Assembly: GCA_965215265.1 (NCBI GenBank)
Contig: OZ244048.1
Span: forward strand, 2,720,001 to 2,784,000
Reading direction: 5' to 3'
From: Candidatus Poribacteria bacterium
GTDB lineage: Bacteria; Poribacteria; WGA-4E; WGA-3G
Length of the DNA stretch: 64,000 bases
The notes beneath the pieces were generated by a model. That model was not told the DNA's origin. It saw nothing but the letters and a program-made list of their open reading frames with translations, and ran no database searches. The position numbers were made by a program, and so were the translations under genes. Positions 21,278 to 30,664 of the stretch are shown piece by piece. Each line of letters opens with the position of its first letter. Position 1 is the first letter of the stretch.

Positions 21278-21347
21278 CTATTTAAACGTAAACCTATGCC
21301 GCCGCAAGATAAATTCTAACGCTACATCACAAAACGAAGCGAAAACG

Positions 21348-22223
21348 ATGGACTTTAGTTTTATTACCACAGCTCTGATAGATATAGGCGTATTTAGCAT
21401 CGGCGGGATCAGCGTCAGCCTGATATGCCTCTGGCAACTCAGAAAACAAGTTGCAAAACACCAGGCATACAGAGACGAATCCGAGCAGCGATATAGCACC
21501 CTATCTGAACAGCACAACGTTCTGCTGCAGGAGTTTAGAACGTTTCAAAGTGCAACCGACCGCCGATACAACGCCCTGCAGGAAGAACATAATGCCTTGC
21601 AGGCCGCACACGTCACACTGATAGAGCAGCATAATACACTAGAGCACGAACATAACGCCCTTCAGGCGGCACACACTACCTTGCAACAGGAATTCAGCAC
21701 ACTTCAGGCGGCACACACTACCTTGCAGCAAGAATTCAGCACACTTCAGGCGGCACACACTACCTTGCAGCAGGAATTCAGCACACTTCAGGCGGCACAC
21801 ACTACCTTGCAGCAGGAATCCAACGCCCTTCAGGCGGCACACACTACCTTGCAACAGGAATTCAGCACACTTCAGGCGGCACACACTACCTTGCAGCAGG
21901 AATTCAGCGCACTTCAGGCGGCACACACTACCTTGCAACAGGAATTCAGCACACTTCAGGCGGCACACACTACCTTGCAGCAAGAATTCAGCGCACTTCA
22001 GGCGGCACACACTACCTTGCAGCAGGAACACGAGGAATTGAAACAGGAAAACGCAACACTTCGAACCGCGCTAAATGCTATTACACGAGAGCAAAAAGCA
22101 CTCCAGACAGCACACGATCGCTTGGCCGGACGACACGACGAACTCGTAGAAAGGGTTATGCCGGTCTTTGAAATATTGGCCCGCGAAAAACTAATGGAGA
22201 TAAACTCGCGCACTCAAAACTGA
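21348..22223 (+). CDS. Membrane-anchored coiled-coil repeat protein
   Basis: N-terminal hydrophobic helix followed by continuous heptads, including nine 14-aa repeats. Confidence 0.8.
   Translation: MDFSFITTALIDIGVFSIGGISVSLICLWQLRKQVAKHQAYRDESEQRYSTLSEQHNVLLQEFRTFQSATDRRYNALQEEHNALQAAHVTLIEQHNTLEHEHNALQAAHTTLQQEFSTLQAAHTTLQQEFSTLQAAHTTLQQEFSTLQAAHTTLQQESNALQAAHTTLQQEFSTLQAAHTTLQQEFSALQAAHTTLQQEFSTLQAAHTTLQQEFSALQAAHTTLQQEHEELKQENATLRTALNAITREQKALQTAHDRLAGRHDELVERVMPVFEILAREKLMEINSRTQN
21660..22037 (+). repeat. 42-bp intragenic tandem repeat x9
   Basis: CTTCAGGCGGCACACACTACCTTGCARCARGAATTCAGCRCA = LQAAHTTLQQEFS(T/A). Confidence 0.95.
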
Positions 22224-22512
22224 AGACACACGCACACCTATCACTTTTCTTTCACAACTTTTCAAAAAAAAACAGAAGCCAATTGGTATTTTGTTTGTTT
22301 TGACAGGGGGTTCGGGCGGTTACCTTTTCTTTTTTTGTCTGTTTTCGTACGGGTTGACGCAGCCAGAATCAGATAGAATCCAGCAAACATCTAAAAAAAG
22401 GTTGACTTCTTTTACAATCTGCGGTATGCTTCTTTATGAGCCAACTAGAAAACTTAAAAAACAAGCAGCTTGCACCCATGCAGGCAAACCAAAAATGACT
22501 GGAGCAAGTCAA

Positions 22513-24297
22513 ATGAAAAAGAGTCTAACGGTATTCGGTCTCTTAGGAATTCTTGTGACGAGTGTTTTTCTCCCGGTTGCGTCGGGTCAGTATCCTGCGG
22601 AGACACAGTTGGGTTTACCGGCGGGGGCGATTGCACGTCTGGGCAGAGGGCAGGTATTTGAGGTAGCGTATTCGCCGGATGGTTCTCAGCTTGCAGTAGC
22701 AAGTGGCATCGGTATTTGGCTGTATGATGCGGAGACGGGTGAGCCGCTCGACTTACTCACCGGGCATACGGGGGTTGTCATAAGCGTCGCGTTCAGCGTA
22801 GATGGGCGCACGCTCGCTACCGGGAGTTTGGACTCCACCATTCGGCTCTGGGATGTCAACACAGGCGAAAACCTCAAAACACTCACAGGGCATACGGGTT
22901 GGGTCATAAGCGTGGCGTTCAGTCCTGATGGCAGAACGCTCGTTACCGGGAGTTTGGACTCCACCATTCGGCTGTGGGATGTCAACACAGGCGATACAAT
23001 CCACACTTTCAGCGGGCATACGGCTGCCGTCAGGAGCGTAGCGTTTAGCCCCGATGGCGCACACATCGCTACCGGGAGTTTGGACTCCACCATTCGGCTC
23101 TGGGATGTCAACACAAGCGATACTCTCAAAACATTCACAAGGCATACGGATACTGTCTGGAGCGTGGTGTTCAGTCCTGATGGCAGAACGCTCGCAACTG
23201 GGAGTTGGGACAACACCATTCGTCTGTGGGATGTCAACACAGGCGAAAACCTCAAAACACTCACAAGGCATACGGGGGCTGTCTGGAGCGTGGCGTTCAG
23301 TCCTGATGGCAGAACGCTCGCAACTGGGAGTTTGGACTCCACCATTCGGCTCTGGGATGTCAACACAGGCGATACAATCCACACTTTCAGCGGGCATACG
23401 GCTGCCGTCAGGAGCGTAGCGTTTAGCCCCGATGGCGCACACATCGCTACCGGGAGTTTGGACTCCACCATTCGGCTCTGGGATGTCAACACAGGCGAAA
23501 ACCTCAAAACACTCACAGGGCATACGGATATTGTCTGGGGCATCGCGTTCAGCGTAGATGGGCGCACGCTCGCTAGTGGGAGTGATGACAGAACCATTCG
23601 GCTCTGGGATGTCAATACAGGCGAAAACCTCAAAACGCTTACTGCGCATACGGAGCCTGTCAATAGCGTCGCGTTCAGCGTAGATGGGCGCACGCTTGCT
23701 AGTGGGAGTAAGGACAAAACCATTCGGCTCTGGGATGTCAACACAGGCGAAAACCTCAAAACACTCACAGGGCATACGGATATTGTCTGGGGCATCGCGT
23801 TCAGCGTAGATGGGCGCACGCTTGCTAGTGGGAGTAAGGACAAAACCATTCGGCTCTGGGATGTCAACATAGGCGAAAACCTCAAAACACTCACAAGGCA
23901 TACGCATTGGGTTAATACCGTAGCGTTCAGCGGAGATGGTAGCACACTCGCTAGTGCGAGTTATGACAGAACCATTCGGCTCTGGGATGTCAACACAGGC
24001 GAAAACCTCAAAACACTCACAGGGCATACGGATATTGTCTGGGGCGTCGCGTTCAGCGTAGATGGGCGCACGCTCGCTAGTGGGAGTAGGGACAGAACCA
24101 TTCGGCTCTGGGATGTCAACACGGGCGATACTCTCAAAACACTCACAAGGCATACGCATTGGGTTAATACCGTAGCGTTCAGCGGAGATGGCAGAACGCT
24201 CGCTAGTGGGAGTTCGGACGGCACCGTGCTGCTCTGGGACCTCCGTCCTCCTACTGCCCCTGCTGCAGCGGAGGACATCAACGGCGATGGGTTGTGA
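22513..24297 (+). CDS. Secreted WD40-repeat beta-propeller protein (5' part of a frameshifted gene)
   Basis: Signal peptide MKKSLTVFGLLGILV...; about 12 near-identical 42-aa repeats GHT..V.SVAFS.DG.TLA.GS.D.TIRLWD. Confidence 0.9.
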   Translation: MKKSLTVFGLLGILVTSVFLPVASGQYPAETQLGLPAGAIARLGRGQVFEVAYSPDGSQLAVASGIGIWLYDAETGEPLDLLTGHTGVVISVAFSVDGRTLATGSLDSTIRLWDVNTGENLKTLTGHTGWVISVAFSPDGRTLVTGSLDSTIRLWDVNTGDTIHTFSGHTAAVRSVAFSPDGAHIATGSLDSTIRLWDVNTSDTLKTFTRHTDTVWSVVFSPDGRTLATGSWDNTIRLWDVNTGENLKTLTRHTGAVWSVAFSPDGRTLATGSLDSTIRLWDVNTGDTIHTFSGHTAAVRSVAFSPDGAHIATGSLDSTIRLWDVNTGENLKTLTGHTDIVWGIAFSVDGRTLASGSDDRTIRLWDVNTGENLKTLTAHTEPVNSVAFSVDGRTLASGSKDKTIRLWDVNTGENLKTLTGHTDIVWGIAFSVDGRTLASGSKDKTIRLWDVNIGENLKTLTRHTHWVNTVAFSGDGSTLASASYDRTIRLWDVNTGENLKTLTGHTDIVWGVAFSVDGRTLASGSRDRTIRLWDVNTGDTLKTLTRHTHWVNTVAFSGDGRTLASGSSDGTVLLWDLRPPTAPAAAEDINGDGL

Positions 24298-24872
24298 ACA
24301 TTCAAGACCTCGTTTTAGTCGCCGCAGCGTTCAGGGAGACAGGGGAGAACCGTGCAGATGTCAACGCCGATGAACTCGTCAATATCCTGGATCTCACGCT
24401 CGTGGCGGCAGCATTCGGGAAAGCACCGGCAGCACCGGCAGCAGGACAGCAGGGCCAGGTGCTGACGCGCGCACAAGTGCAGCAGTGGCTCACTGAAGCA
24501 CGGCAGCTGAATCTCACTGACGCGGGTATCCAGTGTGGACTTGTGGTCCTCGAGCAGCTCCTCGCCGCCCTTACCCCGCAAGAGAGTGCCCTTTTGCCAA
24601 ACTTCCCCAACCCGTTCAACCCCGAGACGTGGATACCTTATCAGTTGGGAAAACCGGCAGACGTGACGGTGCAGATCTATTCCGCCCACGGTACGCTCGT
24701 CCGGACACTGTCGCTTGGGTATCAGCAGGCAGGGTTTTACCGGACTCGGGCGCGTGCAGCGTATTGGGATGGGCGTAACGCCGTCGGGGAGCCGGTGGCG
24801 AGCGGTGTCTACTTCTACACGCTCACCGCAGGGGACTTCACCGCTACACGCAAGATGTTCATACGCAAGTAA
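24294..24872 (+). CDS. Dockerin-like plus FlgD-Ig C-terminal domain (3' part of the WD40 gene)
   Basis: NIQDLVLVAAAF, ADVNADELVNILDL, LPNFPNPFNPETWIPY...ASGVYFYTL; continues the DINGDG motif of the upstream ORF after a 1-nt shift. Confidence 0.8.
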   Translation: MNIQDLVLVAAAFRETGENRADVNADELVNILDLTLVAAAFGKAPAAPAAGQQGQVLTRAQVQQWLTEARQLNLTDAGIQCGLVVLEQLLAALTPQESALLPNFPNPFNPETWIPYQLGKPADVTVQIYSAHGTLVRTLSLGYQQAGFYRTRARAAYWDGRNAVGEPVASGVYFYTLTAGDFTATRKMFIRK

Positions 24873-24959
24873 CTTTTCATTGATTAGAGCAGTCAGGCGG
24901 TTCTGGTGTGAACGTGGCGCGTGCCCATTTCGCCAGATCCGTTCTTTCGGTTTGTCTCT

Positions 24960-26081
24960 CTAAGTGTGCAGCGCTTGTATGAACGCTTCAAAACTGGGTG
25001 TCTCAACGGCGATGAGATGTAGCTGCTTGAGCCGCGCCAGGTCTGGTATGGCTTCAAGGTGCGGTTGAGTCGTCTGCACGTCGCTCTGCGGGAACCGTGC
25101 GGTGAGCACCGCGATGACGTTTTCTATCGCATTCCGGCGTGCGCCTTGTTCAATGCCTTGTTCAATGCCTTGTTCAATGCCTTGCTCAATGCCTTGTTTG
25201 AGTCCTTGTTGCACGAGGACTTCTGCCATGGTTTCTGCCATCTGTTTTACCTCCATCTTATCTTCTGCGAGTTGCTCCACTAATGCTACTAAGCCACTTT
25301 GTTCTGATAGCGGCCGACGATGCAAGATGAGTAGCAAGAAATAGACTATCGCCTCACGCCGCTGTTCGGCACCAACCGTATCAAACTCATCAAGGTGCGC
25401 TATCGCCGTGCGTAACGCATCCCGTATCTCCGCCTCGTCTGCTCTCTCTTTTTGCAGCACCGTCAAAAGCCACCCGAACGGATGATGCGTTTGAGTGAGC
25501 GTGGCGACATCGGTTTGCTTCACGCTCAGAAACAACGTCTCAAAAGCCGGAACGAACCGGGCGAGTTCAGCCGGGATGTCCATCAGCGCCTCAAGTGTCA
25601 GCGGGGTTTTCCACTGCTGCTCGCCGGTATAAAACACTATCGGCAGTATCGGAGGGAGCCGCCGCGCCGGTTTGGGCACCTTGTCGTGTTCCCATTGCCT
25701 GCGGTGTGCGTCCCAAATCAGCATCATATAAAACAGCACCCGAAACCCCATCGTCGTATCCACCGTCGATTGATGTTCGACGAGCAGATAGATGAGCAGC
25801 GCCTCCGTGGCTGTCTCGGTTCTAAAGGGGACGCGGAACACGCTATCCGCTTCCTGCTCCCGCAGCACTTCTGGCAGCAGGCTTCTCGGGAGTGGAACGA
25901 GTTGGCTAAAATCTATGCGTTCTGCGATGTCAGCGGCGACGATTTCTAGCACGCCCCGGACGTTTTCGCCGTTTTGTAGCAAGCGCCGCACACTCCTGTC
26001 GGCGAAGTGTTCAACGCGTCCATCAAGCAGCGCACGGATATGCTGCATCTGCGTGTCCACGGCTTTGGTTTCTTGCGTCAT
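24960..26081 (-). CDS. Rpn/YhgA-like PD-(D/E)XK nuclease (Rpn family)
   Basis: EADSVFRV, YLLVEHQST, MGFRVLFYM, LPPILPIVFYTGEQQW and GIEQ repeats. Confidence 0.9.
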   Translation of the reverse strand: MTQETKAVDTQMQHIRALLDGRVEHFADRSVRRLLQNGENVRGVLEIVAADIAERIDFSQLVPLPRSLLPEVLREQEADSVFRVPFRTETATEALLIYLLVEHQSTVDTTMGFRVLFYMMLIWDAHRRQWEHDKVPKPARRLPPILPIVFYTGEQQWKTPLTLEALMDIPAELARFVPAFETLFLSVKQTDVATLTQTHHPFGWLLTVLQKERADEAEIRDALRTAIAHLDEFDTVGAEQRREAIVYFLLLILHRRPLSEQSGLVALVEQLAEDKMEVKQMAETMAEVLVQQGLKQGIEQGIEQGIEQGIEQGARRNAIENVIAVLTARFPQSDVQTTQPHLEAIPDLARLKQLHLIAVETPSFEAFIQALHT

Positions 26082-26213
26082 TTCTCTCCTCTATGCCGGG
26101 TGCCTGCCATTCGGGCAGCCCGCCGGTGAAAAGCGGTGAAGACTTTACTCAAATTATACCACTTTTGGCAGTAAAGATGCCACCCTTTTTTTGGGGCGGA
26201 TTTCGTTTTTCGC

Positions 26214-26345
26214 TTCTGACACCGGAGAATCGCTTGAGCGGCTCACTGCGTATAAGTATAATGTCAATAGCGTAGCGTTCAGCACAGATGGCGCACACAC
26301 ACATCGCTACTGGGAGTCAGGACGGCACCGTGCTGCTCTGGGACC
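26214..26345 (+). pseudogene. Relic of a terminal WD40 repeat
   Basis: DTGESLERLTAYKYNVNSVAFSTDGAH / IATGSQDGTVLLWD, frameshifted by an AC expansion; near copy of the WD40 gene repeats. Confidence 0.75.
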
Positions 26346-26485
26346 GCCGCCCCTAGCCCGATGCCCTCGACACCGCAGCCCGCTTTTTTGCGTTATAGTT
26401 TTACCCTTGCTTCCGGGCGTTAGCGGGGTGCGTCTTTCACAGATGCCAGGCGCTGCCACCTAACAACAGACAAAACAAAAAAACA

Positions 26486-26515
26486 TTGACACCTTCCCTT
26501 TATATGTGCTATAAT
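26486..26515 (+). promoter_or_regulatory. Sigma70-type promoter of the Rpn-like gene
   Basis: TTGACA-18 bp-TATAAT with an extended TG. Confidence 0.75.
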
Positions 26516-26562
26516 GATATAGAAAGACGACGCAACCAAAGGCGAGGCACCCTCACAACATC

Positions 26563-27516
26563 ATGGCAGAACCCGACATCACCTCTAAATATATGGCACG
26601 CGAACATCTCAACGCACTCCTAAAGTTGTTCGGCATTCCGAATGCGGTTGTATTGGAGCATGTGGACAGCGTGCAAGCGAGAGTCAAAGAATATCAAGGC
26701 GACAGCAGCGCGAAAGTGAAAATAGATGGCAAAGAGATAATACTTCATATAGAAGTCCAAACCACAGATAGCCGTCAACCGATGTGGGCGCGCGTGGCGA
26801 ACTACTGTGGACACCTGATGCTGGTGCACCAGCTGCCCGTTTACTGTGTGGTGCTCTACCTGCGTCCGAATGCCGGGCGGCGCGACAGGGGCACCTTTGG
26901 ATATGACGCGACAGATTTCAAATATCTGCTGCAATATAAAGTGGTTCGTCTGGCAGAAGTGGACGGTGCATCGATATTAGCATCGGGTGAGCCGGGTTTG
27001 CTGCCGTATACGCCGTTGATGAAAGCGCCCGTGGATATGGCGGGTGATGCGTGGTTACGGCGGTGTGCCGAGAAGGCAGAGGCGACATTAGAGAACAATC
27101 CTGAGCGTGCGAATCTTCTGACAGCCTTTGCGGTTTTCGCCGAGCTGCTGCATAGCAAAAGCACGATAGAATCCCTGATTACGGAGGTTATCATGCAAGA
27201 GTCAACACTCTTACAACCTTACTTCGAAAAAGAACGTGAGGCAAGACGAAAACAAGGTATAGAGCAAGGTATAGAACGAGGTATGGTTTGGCATCTGTCG
27301 GGTGTAGAGTTTAGCGGTGGAATTCAGGGGTGCGTTAGGGTTGGACTTGCGATGCGAGAGAACGAGTCAGCGGTGCGTTTAGCGCGCGTGTTGTATGCCT
27401 ACTATGAGAGGTGTGGGGATGCGGAACGTGCGTCAGACTACAACCTGCTCGTGTCGGAGTGGCGAGATATAGAACAGGAGATGGGCTTAGCACAACGGAG
27501 GCAGACACTGTTCTAA
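26563..27516 (+). CDS. Rpn-like PD-(D/E)XK protein with an atypical C-terminus
   Basis: DITSKY, GDS, ILHIEVQT, MWARVANY, LPVYCVVLYL, GLLPYTPLM, QGIEQGIERG. Confidence 0.85.
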   Translation: MAEPDITSKYMAREHLNALLKLFGIPNAVVLEHVDSVQARVKEYQGDSSAKVKIDGKEIILHIEVQTTDSRQPMWARVANYCGHLMLVHQLPVYCVVLYLRPNAGRRDRGTFGYDATDFKYLLQYKVVRLAEVDGASILASGEPGLLPYTPLMKAPVDMAGDAWLRRCAEKAEATLENNPERANLLTAFAVFAELLHSKSTIESLITEVIMQESTLLQPYFEKEREARRKQGIEQGIERGMVWHLSGVEFSGGIQGCVRVGLAMRENESAVRLARVLYAYYERCGDAERASDYNLLVSEWRDIEQEMGLAQRRQTLF

Positions 27517-27632
27517 GAGGCAATCTGCAGGCATGCGCTCACCTTTGTATATTGTTTGTATATTGGCTCTTTCCTAAGAAGGCACCCCATTTTTGATTGA
27601 CAATTTGTCTCAAATGTTTTACACTTATAGAC

Positions 27633-28166
27633 ATGCCACATCACTTCTTCGTCCAAACTGGCGAACCTATCAACATAAAACAGATTGGGGGCATCGTAAA
27701 ACCCGGTAACGGTTACATTGAAATTGTAGCGCGAAGTCCGTCCTCTCGAGACGTGCTTGTCTACAGCAGCGTGCTTGTTGGTGGGGGCGATGTTCACCTC
27801 AAAGCGGTTTTGAACGCTGATAAGAGCTGCCGCACGAACGTCAATTTTTTTATTGACACCCGTAGTATGGGCATCAACGGTTTCAAGCTCGTTAACGCCA
27901 GCGGCTATGAAAAACCGGTCGCCGCTGGACTGCAGACAAGACAACAGATGTCTCTTTTGCCAGAATGGAGTCAGCCCGACGTGCCGTTTACGTTCGAATT
28001 AATTCGCAAGGGGCAGCGCTGCGTCGTGCTAGTTGACAACAGAGCTGTCAAGCACTTCCTGTACGGCAAAGACCCTTTTGGCCGGGTCGGATTTTGCATT
28101 GTGGAGGGCAGTCTGCGTATCCATGATTTTTATCTAAAAGGGGAAACAGCACCTTGCGTATTGTAA
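27633..28166 (+). CDS. Hypothetical protein (beta-rich)
   Basis: Open frame overlapping the next gene; start uncertain. Confidence 0.55.
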   Translation: MPHHFFVQTGEPINIKQIGGIVKPGNGYIEIVARSPSSRDVLVYSSVLVGGGDVHLKAVLNADKSCRTNVNFFIDTRSMGINGFKLVNASGYEKPVAAGLQTRQQMSLLPEWSQPDVPFTFELIRKGQRCVVLVDNRAVKHFLYGKDPFGRVGFCIVEGSLRIHDFYLKGETAPCVL

Positions 28167-29275
28167 AACGTAAAACACTCTCCTTTTTCTCTCTGGAATC
28201 CGCTATCAAATCTGCTTACCTCCTCTGGCTCACAATACTGTTTTGTCGTTTGCTTTCTCTCTCAATTGATACGGCTGAGGCACAATCGACATTTGAGATT
28301 CAATTGTTTGACGCTACGGTTCAGCTGCACGCGCCCTACACCCTTATTTCTGGCAAAAAATATCGACTCTCTACAGTCTCATCTGACGGGACTCCAGTTG
28401 CTGCCCGATGGTTCCTCTCAGGAAATCTGGGCAGGATTGTACAAAATCCGTTAGACGTTTCCGGAAGAGACGTGCACCTAGAAGCCGTATTTGTCGGCGA
28501 AGGTAGACTTATCGCCACCGCTGCTTCTGTGGAAAAATCCGTCTCTATTAAGGTTGTTTCTGCATTTCAGACGATCGGAATTGAAGGTGGCACGTTCAGA
28601 AGTCCTGCTGGTATAGAGCTCTCGTTTCCACCGCATGCGGTTTTGAAAACCTCGCGAATACAAGCCGAGATTGTGGCACCACCTGCACCGCACTTGTCGG
28701 CACAGCGGCTCGTTCACGTCATACGGTTGTCGCCGGACCGGCTGGTTTTAAAACGTCCAGCGCAGCTGCGGTTTTTATATCCGAAACAGTTGCATACTGC
28801 CCCTTTCAATATCTATTTTTGGGAGAAATTTCAGAGAAGATGGGTGCCGCTGAGTGGCGACGTTAATCCGTTTGATGGCACTGTCACCACTTCCATTAAT
28901 CACTTGGGTATTTATACCTTAATGGCATCTGAAATTGAGCGAAAAAGGTCAACTCGTCTCAAGATTCAAGAGGTAACGCTCTCCCCGCGGGTATTTTTCG
29001 CACCGGAGCAACATCGCCTCACGATAGCTTATCATCTGAACGCTCCAGACACGCACCGGGCGCTTGTAACAATGGATATTTTTAACCTGCACAATCGACG
29101 AATTCGCAGGCTGCTAAATAACGTCTCGCGCTATATCGGGCCGAACGCAGAGCAGTGGGATGGCTTGACAGATAGCGGAACGCTTGTGCGAAACGGGCGC
29201 TATCTGCTCATCATTCACGCGAAGGCCGGTTCGCAAAATACTGTGGCGCGAAAGTTGATTATCGTCTTTAAATAG
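28154..29275 (+). CDS. Putative secreted protein with Ig/ZU5-like and C-terminal FlgD-Ig domains
   Basis: Signal-like N-terminus; IGIEGG..ELSFPPHA; EQWDGLTDSGTLVRNGRY. Confidence 0.7.
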   Translation: MRIVKRKTLSFFSLESAIKSAYLLWLTILFCRLLSLSIDTAEAQSTFEIQLFDATVQLHAPYTLISGKKYRLSTVSSDGTPVAARWFLSGNLGRIVQNPLDVSGRDVHLEAVFVGEGRLIATAASVEKSVSIKVVSAFQTIGIEGGTFRSPAGIELSFPPHAVLKTSRIQAEIVAPPAPHLSAQRLVHVIRLSPDRLVLKRPAQLRFLYPKQLHTAPFNIYFWEKFQRRWVPLSGDVNPFDGTVTTSINHLGIYTLMASEIERKRSTRLKIQEVTLSPRVFFAPEQHRLTIAYHLNAPDTHRALVTMDIFNLHNRRIRRLLNNVSRYIGPNAEQWDGLTDSGTLVRNGRYLLIIHAKAGSQNTVARKLIIVFK

Positions 29276-29465
29276 GATGCTCGCTCGCAATACAAGGATT
29301 CTCAGGAGAACGCCCATGCCAGAACGGAAATGACAACACGCAAATCCCGCTTTTTCTCTGTATCTATTGGAAAAAAAATTGACAAAATTCCGCATAACAT
29401 GATAAACTTATACGCATCATAATATATGCTTGGAACTTGCACACATAAAAAGAAAGGAACCCAAT

Positions 29466-30578
29466 ATGGCATCACAGACAGAATTAAAATCAATGTTAAA
29501 CGCGCCGATAACCTTGGAGCCGAACACGTACCTGCACTTCTACAACGGCGGGAAGCTTCGGGCAGAATTTATGGGTGAACCGGATGCGAAAGACGACTAT
29601 TACTCTGAAGAATGGATCTTTTCTACAAACAGGGCAATTACCCCAGGGCGCGAAAATCCACCAGATAAAGGGTTTAGCCGGATGAAACTGCCAAGCGGAG
29701 AAGTCGTCTTGCTGAAGGCACTGTTGGATGCATTCCCGGAGGAGACCCTGGGAAGCGCCCATGTCGCGAAATACGGTACCGACCTGGGCGTGCTTCTCAA
29801 GATTTTTGATGTCGGGGAAGGCGCACATATTCCCATCCATTGGCATCCTAACCCGGATTTCTCACAAAAACATCTCAATTCGCCGTTTGGCAAAAATGAA
29901 GCCTGGATTTTAATCGGGACACGTCCGGGTGCGAAGGCGTGGATCGGCTGGAAGGAAGCGATGGACAAAACCGAATTCCGGCATCTTATGGAGGCACAGG
30001 ATGTCCAAACGCTCCGAAGTCTGATGCACGTTGTCGAACCTAAGGTTGGCGAGGTCTATTTCTTACGCACACCGATTGTTCACTCGCTCGGCACTGGACT
30101 TTGTGTGCTTGAACCACAAGAACCTACCGATTGGAATATTCTCGCTGAATGGAAAGGTTTCCCTTATGACAGAGAAGACGGGCACCTCGGGCTCGGATGG
30201 GACCTCGCCGTCGATGCTGCCGAGTTTGATAAACTTGAACTAGACTACCTCAACAACTACATCCTACGCACCCCTGAGCTCGTTCGGGCGGCTGGAGACA
30301 GCCGCGAGGAACGCATCGTACCAGAAGAGGCCTTGCAATACTTCGGATGTTCACGTTTAACCGTCGCATCACGGCTGAGTATGCCGGCAGGAAAAGGGTT
30401 CTATTGTCTTGTAACCCTGGGTGGGGAAGGCACCCTGCGTGGTAACTTTGGAGACGTAAGGCTCGCTCGCGGAAAATCCGTCTTTATTCCTCGGTGTTTG
30501 CCGGAATACGATATCGTTAGCACCGGGGAAGAGCCCATGGAGATTATCTGTTGCTACCCACCGATTTCGGTCGAATAG
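29466..30578 (+). CDS. Class I mannose-6-phosphate isomerase-like cupin
   Basis: SEEWI, LLKIFD, IPIHWHP, GKNEAW, VHSLG, LEPQEPTD. Confidence 0.82.
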   Translation: MASQTELKSMLNAPITLEPNTYLHFYNGGKLRAEFMGEPDAKDDYYSEEWIFSTNRAITPGRENPPDKGFSRMKLPSGEVVLLKALLDAFPEETLGSAHVAKYGTDLGVLLKIFDVGEGAHIPIHWHPNPDFSQKHLNSPFGKNEAWILIGTRPGAKAWIGWKEAMDKTEFRHLMEAQDVQTLRSLMHVVEPKVGEVYFLRTPIVHSLGTGLCVLEPQEPTDWNILAEWKGFPYDREDGHLGLGWDLAVDAAEFDKLELDYLNNYILRTPELVRAAGDSREERIVPEEALQYFGCSRLTVASRLSMPAGKGFYCLVTLGGEGTLRGNFGDVRLARGKSVFIPRCLPEYDIVSTGEEPMEIICCYPPISVE

Positions 30579-30664
30579 CCCCCAAACAGTGGGTTTCTGA
30601 TTGTGGCTGTCTGGTCCCGGTGGGGTTTATAACTTAGCAGTAACAACCGGCTTGTGAGGTTTCG

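Noticed and set aside
21639-22031. Cys-rich repetitive antisense ORF
   Set aside because: It is the shadow of the 42-bp repeat.
22686-24159. Long antisense ORFs (419 and 468 aa)
   Set aside because: They are shadows of the stop-free WD40 tandem repeats.
26179-27596. TIRs around the second Rpn gene (CACCCCATTTTTGA at about 27583)
   Set aside because: Only a partial match to the 52706 TIR core, with no inverted partner.
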